This document shows, one piece after another, positions 8,240 to 19,289 of a stretch of 32,000 nucleotides of DNA (the stretch's first letter is position 1; each line of letters begins with the position of its first letter). The DNA lies in contig NZ_CP179200.1 in NCBI RefSeq assembly GCF_051201565.1, forward strand, positions 630,001 to 662,000. Direction: 5' to 3'. Under the pieces are notes generated by a model. It saw nothing but the letters and a program-made list of their open reading frames with translations, made no database searches and had not been told where the DNA came from. A program made the translations under genes and the position numbers. This DNA comes from Pseudothioglobus sp. nBUS_23 (GTDB taxonomy: Bacteria; Pseudomonadota; Gammaproteobacteria; PS1; Pseudothioglobaceae).

Positions 8240-8262
8240 GTAAACAACAAGTTTACTTTTTT
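8240..8262 (+). terminator. Possible intrinsic terminator after the 7296..8189 gene
   Basis: The hairpin is gtaaac-aacaa-gtttac, a 6-bp stem, followed by tttttt. The stem is short and AT-rich, so it would be weak. Confidence 0.4.
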
Positions 8263-8312
8263 CAAATCCGGTTTCAAACGGCAGTATAAAAACTTAGAGT
8301 GAACTATAGTTT

Positions 8313-9485
8313 TTAAGAAAACTTACCCAATAAAACCTCATTCCCTAGTGCCGGTTTTGACGGCATGTTGAGCGCCAGGATGAGTGAGATAATGGCCATT
8401 CCAGAACCTGCCAAAAAGACCAGTGATGGAGAGTAAAGCCAAACCAAACCAAAGGCAACCGGAATAAAGACCGCAGCGATATGATTGATAGTAAAGGAAA
8501 CGCCTGAGCTGGATGCTATGTCCGCTGGATCTGCAATCTTTTGGAAGTAGGTTTTGAGTGCAATTGCGATAGAGAAAAAGAGGTGATCCGCAATATACAA
8601 AAAGACCGCAAACTCACTGCTCTCTACAAAGGCATATCCTGCAAAAATAAGGCTCAGTCCAATGTACTCAAAGATGAGAGATTTTCTCTCTCCAAACCTT
8701 TGAATAAGTCTTCCAATTTTGGGGGCAAAGACCACATTAATGGCAGCGTTTGCAATGAGCAGCATTGAAATCTCAGCGACCGTAAACTCAAACTTTTCAA
8801 CCATCAAAAAGCCTGCAAATACGACAAATATCTGTCTTCTTGCGCCGCTCATAAACTGAAGTGCATAATAGAGCCAGTAGCGCTTTCTTAAGATAATCTT
8901 TTTAGTTTGAGTCACCTTTTCTGGGAACAATGGAAAGCTTTGCCAGCAATAAAAAACGATCACAATGGCTACGCCGCCGCCCAGAGTGTAGAGCCACATA
9001 TAGCTGAGCTCGAACTGCTGGAAGAGAACCCATACAAAGCTAAAGGCGATGATTGAGGCAGCAGATCTGGTTGCAATAACCCGGCCCAAAAATTCAGCCG
9101 TTTTGTCTTTATCGATCCACTGAAGTGTGAGCGAGCCATTGATGGTCTCAAAGTAATGAAACCCTATCGACATCACAATTGTTGCCAGGTAGAAGGTCAG
9201 ATTGGTTTCAACAAAGCCTGTTAAAACTATTCCCGTTCCAAGCATTGCTAAAGAAATATAGGCCAGTTTCTGTTCTTTGACAAAGGCTAAAACAAAGATG
9301 ACAGTAAATGCCAGAAAGCCAGGAACCTCCCTCAGGCTTTGTAGAATTCCCATTTCAGCGCCGGTGAAGTCAATCTCTTCGATCGCAAAGTTGTTCAGAA
9401 GATTCAGCCAAACAGCCCAGCTGATTGCAGAGCCGATAGTCATTAAGAGAATTAAAAATTCGGGTGATTGACGCGTGATTTTCAT
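8313..9485 (-). CDS. MFS-type transporter, about 12 TM segments, substrate unknown
   Basis: The 390-aa protein is highly hydrophobic with two six-helix halves separated by a basic loop (KKIILRKRYW). The general MFS architecture is clear, but no specific subfamily motif is recognised. Confidence 0.75.
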   Translation of the reverse strand: MKITRQSPEFLILLMTIGSAISWAVWLNLLNNFAIEEIDFTGAEMGILQSLREVPGFLAFTVIFVLAFVKEQKLAYISLAMLGTGIVLTGFVETNLTFYLATIVMSIGFHYFETINGSLTLQWIDKDKTAEFLGRVIATRSAASIIAFSFVWVLFQQFELSYMWLYTLGGGVAIVIVFYCWQSFPLFPEKVTQTKKIILRKRYWLYYALQFMSGARRQIFVVFAGFLMVEKFEFTVAEISMLLIANAAINVVFAPKIGRLIQRFGERKSLIFEYIGLSLIFAGYAFVESSEFAVFLYIADHLFFSIAIALKTYFQKIADPADIASSSGVSFTINHIAAVFIPVAFGLVWLYSPSLVFLAGSGMAIISLILALNMPSKPALGNEVLLGKFS

Positions 9486-9598
9486 ATCGGCCTAATATAC
9501 TTTAAAGCTGACATCCTAAAGTGATTTAAAGTCTTATTTTTTGTAAAGGTATGTCATCTATCAAGGTAAAATTGGATTTTTTGTTTTTTTCATGAGTT

Positions 9599-11491
9599 AT
9601 GCCTAATGTAACACTGCCTGACGGCACAGTTAAGTCATATGATCAGTCACTGACTGTAGCGGAGGTGGCGTCATCGATTGGTTCAGGTCTTGCAAAGGCA
9701 GCAATTGCAGGCGAGGTGGATGGCCAGCTTGTTGACACTTCATTCATGATAGAGGGTGACTCAGACGTTGCTATCATTACCAATAAAGATGAAAAGGCAC
9801 TAGAGGTGATTCGTCATTCTACTGCGCATCTCTTAGCTCAAGCAACCCAGCAAATTTATCCAAAAGCTCAGGTCACTATTGGACCTGTGATTGATAATGG
9901 TTTCTATTACGACTTTGCATACAAGGAGGGTTTCTCTGAGCAAGACCTTGCAAAAATAGAGAAAAAGATGAATGCTATTGTCAAGCAAAATCTTCCGATT
10001 GAGAGAATGGAGATGACGCGAGAAGAAGCGGTCAAGTTTTTCAAGGGCATGGGTGAGCATTACAAGGCAGAAATTATTGAGTCGATTCCAACCAATGAAG
10101 TTTTGTCTCTTTACAAGCAGGGAGACTTTGTAGATCTTTGTAGAGGTCCTCATGTACCATCAACGAGCAAGCTCAAAGCCTTTAAGCTCATGAAACTGGC
10201 CGGTGCTTATTGGCGAGGCGACTCGAATAACGAGATGCTACAAAGAGTCTACGGCACTGCCTGGGAGAATAAAGATGACCTAGCAGCACACCTTCACCGA
10301 CTCGAGGAGGCTGAGAAGAGAGATCACAGAAAGATTGGAAAACTCCAAAACTTATTTCATACCCAGGAAGAAGCCCCGGGTATGGTCTTCTGGCATCCCA
10401 AGGGTTGGACGCTCTATCAAATTATCGTTCAGTATATGAGCCAGGTCTTTAAAGATAACGGCTACCAAGAAGTCCATACGCCTGAGGTCATGGACAGAAC
10501 GATGTGGGAAAAGTCAGGCCACTGGGATAAGTTTGGTGACGCTATGTTTACGACTAGCTCAGAGAACAGAGATTATGCAGTTAAACCGATGAATTGCCCA
10601 GGCCATGTTCAGATTTACAATCAAGGCCTCAAGTCCTACAGAGATTTACCTTTAAGGCTTGCAGAGTTCGGCTCTTGCCATCGTAATGAGCCTTCTGGTA
10701 CGCTCCACGGCATTATGCGCGTTCGCAACTTTGTTCAGGACGATGCACACATTTTTTGTACCGTTGATCAGATACAAAGTGAAGTGTCAGCTTTTATAGA
10801 TCTAACGTTTAAGGTATACAAGCATTTCGGTTTTGAAAACATTGACATCAAACTTTCGACGCGTCCTGAAAAAAGGGTTGGCTCCGATGCGGTATGGGAT
10901 CAGGCTGAGGCTGCACTCGCAGAGGCTTTAGATGCAAAAGGTATCAATTGGGAGCTCCAGGAGGGTGAGGGCGCCTTTTATGGACCTAAGGTTGAATTTG
11001 TATTGAAAGATTGCCTTGACCGTGAGTGGCAGTGCGGAACGATTCAGGCCGACTTCTCTATGCCGGATCGTCTTGATGCTCATTATATTGCTGAGGATGG
11101 CTCCAAGCAGATACCCGTGATGCTTCACCGAGTCATAGTGGGCTCAATCGAGCGATTTACTGGCATTTTAATTGAACATTACGAGGGAGCATTTCCATCT
11201 TGGCTGGCGCCGATTCAAGCAGTGATTATCAATATTTCTCAAAAACAAGAGGAATATACTAAAAATGTTGAGATAAATCTAAAAAATCAGGGCCTTAGAG
11301 TCATTTCGGACTTGCGGAATGAGAAGATAGGCTTTAAAATACGCGAGCACTCAATGCAACGCTACCCATACATTTTAGTGGTTGGCGACAGAGAGCAAGA
11401 AAACAATCAAGTATCTGTTCGTCGAAGGGGCGGAGAGGACTTGGGTTCAATGTCTTTAGAGGCGTTGACAGAATTAATAAATCAGGAGTAA
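9599..11491 (+). CDS. thrS: Threonine--tRNA ligase
   Basis: The N-terminus [15 protein letters not shown] matches the TGS domain start of ThrRS. The [10 protein letters not shown] editing-domain motif and class-II core motifs (FRHGEPSG-like [27 protein letters not shown]) are present. Its position upstream of infC is conserved. Confidence 0.97.
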   Translation: MPNVTLPDGTVKSYDQSLTVAEVASSIGSGLAKAAIAGEVDGQLVDTSFMIEGDSDVAIITNKDEKALEVIRHSTAHLLAQATQQIYPKAQVTIGPVIDNGFYYDFAYKEGFSEQDLAKIEKKMNAIVKQNLPIERMEMTREEAVKFFKGMGEHYKAEIIESIPTNEVLSLYKQGDFVDLCRGPHVPSTSKLKAFKLMKLAGAYWRGDSNNEMLQRVYGTAWENKDDLAAHLHRLEEAEKRDHRKIGKLQNLFHTQEEAPGMVFWHPKGWTLYQIIVQYMSQVFKDNGYQEVHTPEVMDRTMWEKSGHWDKFGDAMFTTSSENRDYAVKPMNCPGHVQIYNQGLKSYRDLPLRLAEFGSCHRNEPSGTLHGIMRVRNFVQDDAHIFCTVDQIQSEVSAFIDLTFKVYKHFGFENIDIKLSTRPEKRVGSDAVWDQAEAALAEALDAKGINWELQEGEGAFYGPKVEFVLKDCLDREWQCGTIQADFSMPDRLDAHYIAEDGSKQIPVMLHRVIVGSIERFTGILIEHYEGAFPSWLAPIQAVIINISQKQEEYTKNVEINLKNQGLRVISDLRNEKIGFKIREHSMQRYPYILVVGDREQENNQVSVRRRGGEDLGSMSLEALTELINQE

Positions 11492-11493
11492 TT

Positions 11494-12093
11494 ATTAAAA
11501 GCCCAGCAAAGGTAAAGACTAGGATTAATCAAAATATTAGTGCACCCAAAGTCCGAGTGATAAATGACAGAGGTGACCAGTTAGGAATCCTAAGTAATGA
11601 TGATGCTCTTGAATTAGCAGTTAACGAAGGTTTAGACTTAGTTGAAGTTTCGCCAAATGCAGATCCACCGGTATGCCGTGTGATGGATTTTGGAAAGTTT
11701 CAGTATGAACTGAAGAAACAAAAGAGCGACGCTAAGAAAAAACAGAAAAAGACTCACGTCAAGATGATTAAGTATCGTCCTGGAACTGAGGAAGCGGATT
11801 ACCAAATCAAGTTTAGAAACTTGGTTAAATTTATTGAGAACGGCGACAAGGTCAAAGTAGTGATTTGGTTTCGTGGTCGAGAGGTTCAGCACCGTGAGTT
11901 AGGTATGGAGATGCTGGATAGAATTGAAAGTGAAACAGAAGAATTTGCCACTGTTGAGCAGAAGGCAAAAATGGAGGGTCGCCAGCTTGGCATGATGCTA
12001 GCACCCAAGTCTAAGAAAAGTAAGGCGAAAGCCCGAAAAGTTGAACCCGAAGAGGGTCAAGGAGTAAATGATGCCGAAGTTAAAGACCAATAG
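11494..12093 (+). CDS. infC: Translation initiation factor IF-3, predicted to start at a non-canonical AUU codon
   Basis: The track ORF starts at ATG 11557, but the frame is open upstream and encodes [32 protein letters not shown]. That sequence aligns with the IF-3 N-terminus (..RINGEIRAQEVRLxG..GEQLGIV in E. coli). ATT at 11494 lies 5 nt after AGGAG (11484..11488). E. coli infC is known to use AUU. Confidence 0.85.
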   Translation: MKSPAKVKTRINQNISAPKVRVINDRGDQLGILSNDDALELAVNEGLDLVEVSPNADPPVCRVMDFGKFQYELKKQKSDAKKKQKKTHVKMIKYRPGTEEADYQIKFRNLVKFIENGDKVKVVIWFRGREVQHRELGMEMLDRIESETEEFATVEQKAKMEGRQLGMMLAPKSKKSKAKARKVEPEEGQGVNDAEVKDQ

Positions 12094-12268
12094 AGGCGCC
12101 GCAAAGCGTTTCAAAAAGACTGCCAGTGGTGGTTACAAAAGTAAACACTCTCATCTGAGACATATTTTGACCAAAAAGAGTACTTCCAGAAAGCGCTCGC
12201 TACGTTCGCCTGATACGATTGAGAAGGTTGATGTACCTATGGTTAAAAGAATGTTACCTTACAGTTAA
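12071..12268 (+). CDS. rpmI: 50S ribosomal protein L35
   Basis: [23 protein letters not shown] matches the L35 N-terminus. The second ATG (12071) has better spacing from AAGGAG (12059..12064) than the track start at 12068. The gene overlaps the 3' end of infC. Confidence 0.95.
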   Translation: MPKLKTNRGAAKRFKKTASGGYKSKHSHLRHILTKKSTSRKRSLRSPDTIEKVDVPMVKRMLPYS

Positions 12269-12280
12269 AGGAGTATTACT

Positions 12281-12640
12281 ATGGCAAGAGTTTCAAGAGG
12301 TGTGCAGGCGCACGCCAAACACAAAAAAGTTTTAAAGAAGGCCAAAGGTTACTATGGTGCTCGTTCTAAAGTTTATCGCGTTGCCAAGCAAGCGGTCATC
12401 AAAGCAGGACAGTACGCATACCGTGACCGTCGTCAGCGTCGTCGTCAGTTCCGTAGATTGTGGATTGTTCGTATCAACGCTGAGGCAAGAAATAATGGCC
12501 TAAGCTACTCACAATTTATCAATGGCTTGAACAAGGCTGGTGTTGAGATTGATCGTAAAGTTCTCTCAGATATTGCCATCTTCGATAAAGACGCCTTTGC
12601 TAAAATTGCTGATCAAGCAAAAGCTGGATTAGCACAGTAG
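12281..12640 (+). CDS. rplT: 50S ribosomal protein L20
   Basis: [39 protein letters not shown] is the canonical L20 N-terminus. A strong SD (aaggag) lies upstream. Confidence 0.97.
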   Translation: MARVSRGVQAHAKHKKVLKKAKGYYGARSKVYRVAKQAVIKAGQYAYRDRRQRRRQFRRLWIVRINAEARNNGLSYSQFINGLNKAGVEIDRKVLSDIAIFDKDAFAKIADQAKAGLAQ

Positions 12641-12652
12641 AAAAATCTTACT

Positions 12653-12682
12653 AAAAGACTGTAACATAGGTTGCAGTCTTTT
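12653..12682 (+). terminator. Weak hairpin between rplT and pheS, possibly a partial terminator or attenuator
   Basis: There is a perfect 9-bp inverted repeat: aaaagactg (12653..12661) and cagtctttt (12674..12682), with an 11-12 nt loop. The U-run is part of the stem and the stem is AT-rich, so function is uncertain. Confidence 0.3.
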
Positions 12683-12684
12683 AA

Positions 12685-13713
<1,029 letters not shown>

Positions 13714-13729
13714 TGAGAAGGTATCAATT

Positions 13730-16093
13730 ATGAATATTTCAACTAGATGGTTAAGGGAGTGGGTTAATCCTGATGTGAGCGATTTAGAGCTCTCAGAAAA
13801 ATTAACAATGGCTGGACTAGAGGTGGATCAAATTGCACCTGTAGCGCCGCCGTTTGAAGGACTGGTTGTTGGTCATGTTGTTGCTTGCGGTAAGCACCCC
13901 AATGCAGACAAGCTGAGTCTTTGCGAGGTTGATGTGGGAACAGGCGAAAACCTGCAAATTATTTGCGGCGCTCCGAATGTTAGGCAAGACTTAAAGGTCG
14001 CTGTTGCAACTGTCGGATCGACTCTTCCCAATGGGCTCAAAATTAAACGCGCTAAATTAAGAGGCGTTGAGTCAAATGGAATGCTCTGCTCAGAATCTGA
14101 AATCGGTATATCCGAGGCTCATGACGGCATCATCGAGCTGGATTCGAAGGCTAAAATTGGTGATGATGTTCGATCCGTTCTTGATCTGGATGATCAAATT
14201 ATTGAGCTCGACATTACTCCGAATAGGGGCGATTGTTTTAGCGTTCTCGGTGTTGCAAGAGAGGTCTGCGTCAACTATAACTTATCTCTTCCAGCGTTAG
14301 AATTTAAAGCGAATCAAAAAGGCAAAAGGGCTTTCAAATCTACAGTCAGCAATCCTAAAGAGTGTCCAAGGTATTTAACGAGGGTTATTGAGGGGGTTGA
14401 TAACAATGCATCAACGCCAGACTGGATGGCTCAAAAACTTCAACGCGCTAATCAGCAGCTCCACTCACCCATTGTTGATATTACTAACTATGTCTTGTTG
14501 GAGCTCGGTCAGCCGATGCACGCCTTTGATTTATCCAAAATTAATGGCAATATCAATGTCAGGTCAGCTAAAAAGAATGAAGAGCTAGAGCTTCTCAACG
14601 GGCAAAGCGTTACATTGTCAGAAGATACGCTCGTTATCGCTGATGAAAAATCTGCCATAGCGATCGCTGGAGTGATTGGCGGAATGGGTAGCTCAACACT
14701 AGAGAGCTCGACTGAAATTTTACTAGAGGCTGCGTTCTTTGAGCCCGTTGCAATCTCTGGAGTCGCAAGGTCCTATGGTCTACATACTGAGGCTTCACTC
14801 CGCTTTGAGAGGGGAGTAGACTTCAAGATGGCTGGCCATGCAATGGATAGGGCGACAGAGCTTGTCCTAGAAATTTGCGGCGGAGAGGCATCAGAAATCA
14901 ATGAAACAGTTGATGCAAAATCACTTCCGGAACTTGAGCCCATTCAAATATCGATTGAAAAAATATCAAAAGTGCTCGGCTTTGATCTCGACCCTGCCTG
15001 GGTGGAGTCGAAATTCAAGTTTCTTGATTTCGATTTCAAAAAGAATAAAGACAACTCTTGGACTATTACTCCGCCAAGCTTCCGTTTTGATATTCGTATT
15101 CCAGCTGACATCGTTGAGGAGCTGGCTAGGCTCTATGGTTACGACAAGATTCCAGTGCAAAGACTCTCTGTCGATGCAAACATTTCTCATGCAGCTCAGA
15201 CCAAAATTAACTCTAATGATCTTTCCAGTGCGCTTGTTCATAGGGGCTATCAAGAGGTGATCACCTATAGCTTTATTTCAAATGAGATGCATGATTTAGT
15301 GGACCCTGATGCAAAGAAAATCTTACTGCAAAATCCAATCTCAGATGACATGGCGGTCATGCGCTCAAGTTTATGGCCTGGACTGATTGATTCAGCCAAA
15401 TCCAATTTCAGAAGAGGGCACCACAACCTGCGATTCTTCGAGCTTGGTCTATGCTTCTCTGGCATCGAGGTAGAGGGTCAGACACAGAAAATTGCAGGCA
15501 TTATCTCGGGTAACCGTCATAACTCGCAATGGGCTGACTCAGATCGAGAGGTCGACTTCTTTGATACTAAATCTGATGTCGAGTCCCTTTTAAATCTCAG
15601 TAAGAAGGGGTTTAAATTTGAGGCGGCTGAGCATCCAGCTCTGCAGATGGGGCAAACAGCAAAAATAATGAAAGGAGACAACCACATTGGTTGGCTAGGC
15701 GCTATTTCTCCGAAACTTCAAAAGAAGTTATCGATGCCTAAAGCTTTCCTCTTTGAGCTCACTCAGTCAGAAATTGCGCAAGGCGAAAAGCCAATCTATG
15801 AGTCTTTCTCATCCTTTCAGGCATCACAAAGAGATATTGCAATCGTGGTTTCAAAAGAGATCTCGAGTGACGAACTGATCCAATCCATTCAGTCCTTAAA
15901 GCAAAATGATTTAATTGATGTCAACTTGTTTGATGTCTACGAAGGTGAGCATATTGAGCAGGGCAGTAAAAGTGTAGCCTTAAATTTAACTTATCAATCG
16001 AAAGAAGTTACCCTAACTGATGAACAGCTAGCTAAAAAAGTTAGTAAAATAGTAGGCCATTTAGAAACAAAATTTTCTGCTAAATTAAGATAA
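13730..16093 (+). CDS. pheT: Phenylalanine--tRNA ligase beta subunit
   Basis: MNISTRWLREWV is the typical PheT N-terminus. The tRNA-binding domain (HPNADKLSLCEVDVG), B3/4, B5 and the C-terminal FDX-ACB-like domain are present, and at 787 aa the length is typical. Confidence 0.97.
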   Translation: MNISTRWLREWVNPDVSDLELSEKLTMAGLEVDQIAPVAPPFEGLVVGHVVACGKHPNADKLSLCEVDVGTGENLQIICGAPNVRQDLKVAVATVGSTLPNGLKIKRAKLRGVESNGMLCSESEIGISEAHDGIIELDSKAKIGDDVRSVLDLDDQIIELDITPNRGDCFSVLGVAREVCVNYNLSLPALEFKANQKGKRAFKSTVSNPKECPRYLTRVIEGVDNNASTPDWMAQKLQRANQQLHSPIVDITNYVLLELGQPMHAFDLSKINGNINVRSAKKNEELELLNGQSVTLSEDTLVIADEKSAIAIAGVIGGMGSSTLESSTEILLEAAFFEPVAISGVARSYGLHTEASLRFERGVDFKMAGHAMDRATELVLEICGGEASEINETVDAKSLPELEPIQISIEKISKVLGFDLDPAWVESKFKFLDFDFKKNKDNSWTITPPSFRFDIRIPADIVEELARLYGYDKIPVQRLSVDANISHAAQTKINSNDLSSALVHRGYQEVITYSFISNEMHDLVDPDAKKILLQNPISDDMAVMRSSLWPGLIDSAKSNFRRGHHNLRFFELGLCFSGIEVEGQTQKIAGIISGNRHNSQWADSDREVDFFDTKSDVESLLNLSKKGFKFEAAEHPALQMGQTAKIMKGDNHIGWLGAISPKLQKKLSMPKAFLFELTQSEIAQGEKPIYESFSSFQASQRDIAIVVSKEISSDELIQSIQSLKQNDLIDVNLFDVYEGEHIEQGSKSVALNLTYQSKEVTLTDEQLAKKVSKIVGHLETKFSAKLR

Positions 16094-16097
16094 TCAA

Positions 16098-16388
16098 ATG
16101 TCCCTTACAAAACAAGATATAGCCAACACCCTCGTCAAGAAAACAGAACTCACTCAAACTCAAGCATTAGCGCTTACCAATCAATTCTTTGATCAAATCA
16201 TAGAGACACTGAAGACTGGAGAGGAAATCAAATTATCAAGTTTTGGTAACTTTGTTGTCAGAGAAAAAACGCCAAGACCTGGCAGAAACCCGAAGACTGG
16301 TGAAGAGGTCATGATTAGTGCAAGAAAAGTGGTTACCTTTAAGGCTGGCCCAAAGCTCAAATTAGCGACTCAAAACGGTAAAAAATAA
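16098..16388 (+). CDS. ihfA: Integration host factor alpha subunit
   Basis: MSLTKQDIA...KLSSFGNFVVREKTPRPGRNPKTGEEVMISARKVVTFKAGPKLK matches IHF-alpha (GFGNFxLRDKxxRPGRNPKTGE). It sits downstream of pheT as in E. coli. Confidence 0.95.
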   Translation: MSLTKQDIANTLVKKTELTQTQALALTNQFFDQIIETLKTGEEIKLSSFGNFVVREKTPRPGRNPKTGEEVMISARKVVTFKAGPKLKLATQNGKK

Positions 16389-16390
16389 AC

Positions 16391-16837
16391 CTAGTCGGTT
16401 ATCGCAACCATAAACCCTTTTAAAATTGGAATCACAGATTGCATTAACTGTTGCTGCTCGTTCTCATCTGCTGTTTTACCACTTGTTACTCTCTTTTTTA
16501 GTGATGGTGCGTAACCATCATCAATTGAAAATGAGGCAAAAAGAAGCTCCATCGAGTCATCAGACTCGCCTTCATTCTGGACCATCTCAACATCATAGAC
16601 TGCACTATCCTCTTCGGTCTGCTTGTTGACAAACAGAATGGTCTCGTTGAAGTGAAGAAAGAAGCGCTCAGCAGGGCACTTGGAGGAATTTTTGGATTCC
16701 AGTTCACCCTCACTCATAGCGCTCGCAATCTGATCATAATGCTGATCAGTAAGCCTGACATAGCGAGTATCTAGATAGTCTCCGAGCTCGTTATCACCTT
16801 CGTGTTCTTTGATGTATTCGATGAGCTCTTTCAGCAT
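16391..16837 (-). CDS. Hypothetical acidic cytoplasmic protein (148 aa)
   Basis: This is the only long ORF in the interval and it has no signal peptide or TM segment. It is strongly Asp/Glu-rich. It starts 43 nt downstream of the AI-2E transporter gene on the same strand. No family is recognised. Confidence 0.55.
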   Translation of the reverse strand: MLKELIEYIKEHEGDNELGDYLDTRYVRLTDQHYDQIASAMSEGELESKNSSKCPAERFFLHFNETILFVNKQTEEDSAVYDVEMVQNEGESDDSMELLFASFSIDDGYAPSLKKRVTSGKTADENEQQQLMQSVIPILKGFMVAITD

Positions 16838-16880
16838 GATTTTTAGGTTTTAAGATTAAGGTGAGAATTTTAACAAAGAT

Positions 16881-17954
16881 TTACTTTGATTTACCAAATT
16901 GAATTTGATAAATATCAAAGATAGTAATCGACATTGCGGCAATAATGGGGCCAATAAATAAACCCAAGATACCAAACTTGATAATACCTGCAAGCGTCGA
17001 GAGGACAGTAATGAGTGTATGGTTCAAAGGGCTCTGATGCTTCATAGAGCTTGAGAGTTTCGTAATTATAATTGGCCGTAACAAGTTATCGATTAAGGTG
17101 CCCGCTATGATTGCACCAAAAAATATAATGATAAATGCGCTTGTTGGCTCGCCAATTGCAAATAGATAGATTGAGAGAGGTAGCCAAACTAGAACACCTC
17201 CAAGGATTGGAATAAAGCTTGCTAGAGCCATTGCAACTCCGAAAAACAAAGCAGGTAGCCCAACCATCATGACGCCAACTGCAAAAGCAACTCCCTGCGT
17301 AATGGCCACAAGAAAAACGCTACCAACAAGTGTTAAAGAGAGGCCTGAGAACTGATTCAGAAGCAAGTCATTTATCTTGTTGTCCAGTGGCGAGACTTTT
17401 CTTACCTTTTCAATAAAAGAGGGTCCGTCAATATAAAAGTAGTAGAGTGAAATGATAGTGATAATCACAAAAAAGATGAACTGGCTTGATAGGCTTGTTA
17501 TGCTTTTTAGGATAACGATTGAAAAGTCTGTTATACCTACAGCAATACTCTCTAAGTTATTTCTTAGTGAGCTATCCAGAAACTCTCGAACTGAGTCTGT
17601 TAAAGGGAGGCTCATAACGATTTCATCAGTAATCCTGCTAATTTCGCTGAGCTGAAAGTCGCTCTGTAGTTTATTAATTAGGGCTGTAGTTTCGATACCA
17701 CTCACAAGAAGAATGTATCCAAGCGGGAGAATTAAGAGAATGGTTACCAATAGCGTCATCATCAGCGCTGCTATTTTTTTTGATCTTTTCTCAGAAAGTT
17801 TGCTATAACTTCCAAAGGTTGAGATGCAGATTAAAAGCGATAGGAAGAGGTAGGCAATGAATGGGGTAAAAAGCCAAACTATGGCTAGAATGGATAAAGC
17901 TAGAAGTATTAATACTAGACCATTACCATGACGGTTGTTAACACTTTCAGCCAC
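16881..17954 (-). CDS. AI-2E family (PerM/UPF0118) transporter
   Basis: The 357-aa polytopic membrane protein has the typical layout: N-terminal TM pair, a soluble insert, and a C-terminal TM bundle containing ...LIDNLLRPIIITK.... The start is GTG. Confidence 0.8.
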   Translation of the reverse strand: MAESVNNRHGNGLVLILLALSILAIVWLFTPFIAYLFLSLLICISTFGSYSKLSEKRSKKIAALMMTLLVTILLILPLGYILLVSGIETTALINKLQSDFQLSEISRITDEIVMSLPLTDSVREFLDSSLRNNLESIAVGITDFSIVILKSITSLSSQFIFFVIITIISLYYFYIDGPSFIEKVRKVSPLDNKINDLLLNQFSGLSLTLVGSVFLVAITQGVAFAVGVMMVGLPALFFGVAMALASFIPILGGVLVWLPLSIYLFAIGEPTSAFIIIFFGAIIAGTLIDNLLRPIIITKLSSSMKHQSPLNHTLITVLSTLAGIIKFGILGLFIGPIIAAMSITIFDIYQIQFGKSK

Positions 17955-18028
17955 ATAGACTCCTTGAAGTTATCTCTACTTACTGAGATAAAGTATACTA
18001 TATTGTTTTAAATATTAAAGAAAAATAC

Positions 18029-18517
18029 ATGGAAACAGCTTATCTAGCCGGCGGATGTTTTTGGTGCGTTGAGGCAATTTTTCAGCGCGTAAACGGGGTC
18101 ATTGAATTGAAAAGTGGTTACTGCAATGGATCGACACAAAACCCCTCTTATGAATCCATTTGCACGGGCCAAACTGGGCACGCTGAAGTCGTTAAAATTG
18201 ATTTTGATGAAAGCGTAGTCTCATTTGAGGCATTACTTGATGTCTTTAATGCAACTCATGACCCGACCAGCCTTAATCAACAGGGCGCTGACAAAGGAAC
18301 ACAGTATCGTTCAGCCATCTTCTATGTAAGTGAGTCACAGAAGGAGATTGCAACCTCAGTGATTGGTAATATCAAAGGTGCAGTCACTGAAATTACCGAG
18401 CTCGATGTTTTTTATCCAGCTGAAGGCTACCATCAAAACTACTTTAACGACAATTCAAACCAACCTTACTGTCGAATGGTCATTTTGCCAAAAATTCAAA
18501 AGTATTTTAGAGACTGA
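18029..18517 (+). CDS. msrA: Peptide-methionine (S)-S-oxide reductase
   Basis: AYLAGGCFWCVEAIF is the GCFWC active-site motif. GHAEVVKIDFD, QGADKGTQYRSAIFY and GYHQNYF are all MsrA signatures. Confidence 0.95.
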   Translation: METAYLAGGCFWCVEAIFQRVNGVIELKSGYCNGSTQNPSYESICTGQTGHAEVVKIDFDESVVSFEALLDVFNATHDPTSLNQQGADKGTQYRSAIFYVSESQKEIATSVIGNIKGAVTEITELDVFYPAEGYHQNYFNDNSNQPYCRMVILPKIQKYFRD

Positions 18518-18522
18518 CGTCC

Positions 18523-19263
18523 ATGGAAGATCAGGAACTACTTAGATACTCTAAACAAATTATGCTGCCTCAGGTTGACGTTGAGGGTCAACAGAAAATT
18601 ATGGACTCAACTGTGCTTATTATTGGCATGGGAGGTCTTGGTTCTCCAACAGCGCTCTACCTAGCTGCAGCAGGAGTGGGTCATATTGTGATTGCAGACT
18701 TTGATCAAGTTGAGCTATCCAACTTGCAAAGGCAAATCATTCATCAAACTAAGGATATTGGCGATGATAAAGTCAATTCAGCCAAAAATAAATTGACTGA
18801 GCTCAATCCAGAAATCAAAGTGACGATTGCTAATGAGCTTATTCATACTGACAACCTTAATGAATTAATCAAGGGGGTTGATATTGTTCTAGATGGAACC
18901 GATAACTTTGAAAGTCGTTTTGAGATCAACAAGGTCTGTGTGGAGAATAAGAAGCCGCTGATCTCTGCCGCTGTAGTTAGGTTTGAAGGGCAAGTATCTG
19001 TGTTTAAGGGTCATGAAAAAGAGCTTCCCTGTTATCAGTGCCTCTACTCTGAAGAGGGCGAAGAAAACGATAGCTGTATCGAGAATGGTGTATTAGCTCC
19101 CGTTGCTGGATTGATTGGAACTTTGCAGGCCTTGCAAGCAATCAAAGTGATATTGAACTTGGGAGATCAGTTGAGTGGATCACTGCTTTTAGTTGATGCA
19201 ATGGATTTAAGTTTTAGAAAGGTAAAAATTGGTAAGGATTCTAAATGCCCTATCTGTAACTAG
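18523..19263 (+). CDS. moeB: MoeB/ThiF/HesA family adenylyltransferase, MoeB-like
   Basis: LLRYSKQIMLP..., the GxGGLG nucleotide loop (GMGGLGSP), DFDQVELSNLQRQ, and two CxxC pairs (CYQC, CPIC) are colinear with E. coli MoeB as recalled. ThiF cannot be excluded from sequence alone. Confidence 0.8.
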   Translation: MEDQELLRYSKQIMLPQVDVEGQQKIMDSTVLIIGMGGLGSPTALYLAAAGVGHIVIADFDQVELSNLQRQIIHQTKDIGDDKVNSAKNKLTELNPEIKVTIANELIHTDNLNELIKGVDIVLDGTDNFESRFEINKVCVENKKPLISAAVVRFEGQVSVFKGHEKELPCYQCLYSEEGEENDSCIENGVLAPVAGLIGTLQALQAIKVILNLGDQLSGSLLLVDAMDLSFRKVKIGKDSKCPICN

Positions 19264-19289
19264 AAAAAAGACACATTATTTAGGAGTGA

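Noticed and set aside
9499-9540. A hairpin (actttaaa / tttaaagt) plus T-run in the thrS leader, as a possible ThrRS translational operator or attenuator
   Set aside because: The stem is an 8-bp all-A/T-plus-one-GC stem with an 18-nt loop in a very AT-rich divergent promoter region. Such repeats are expected by chance there. The loop shows no tRNA-Thr anticodon-like feature that I can see.
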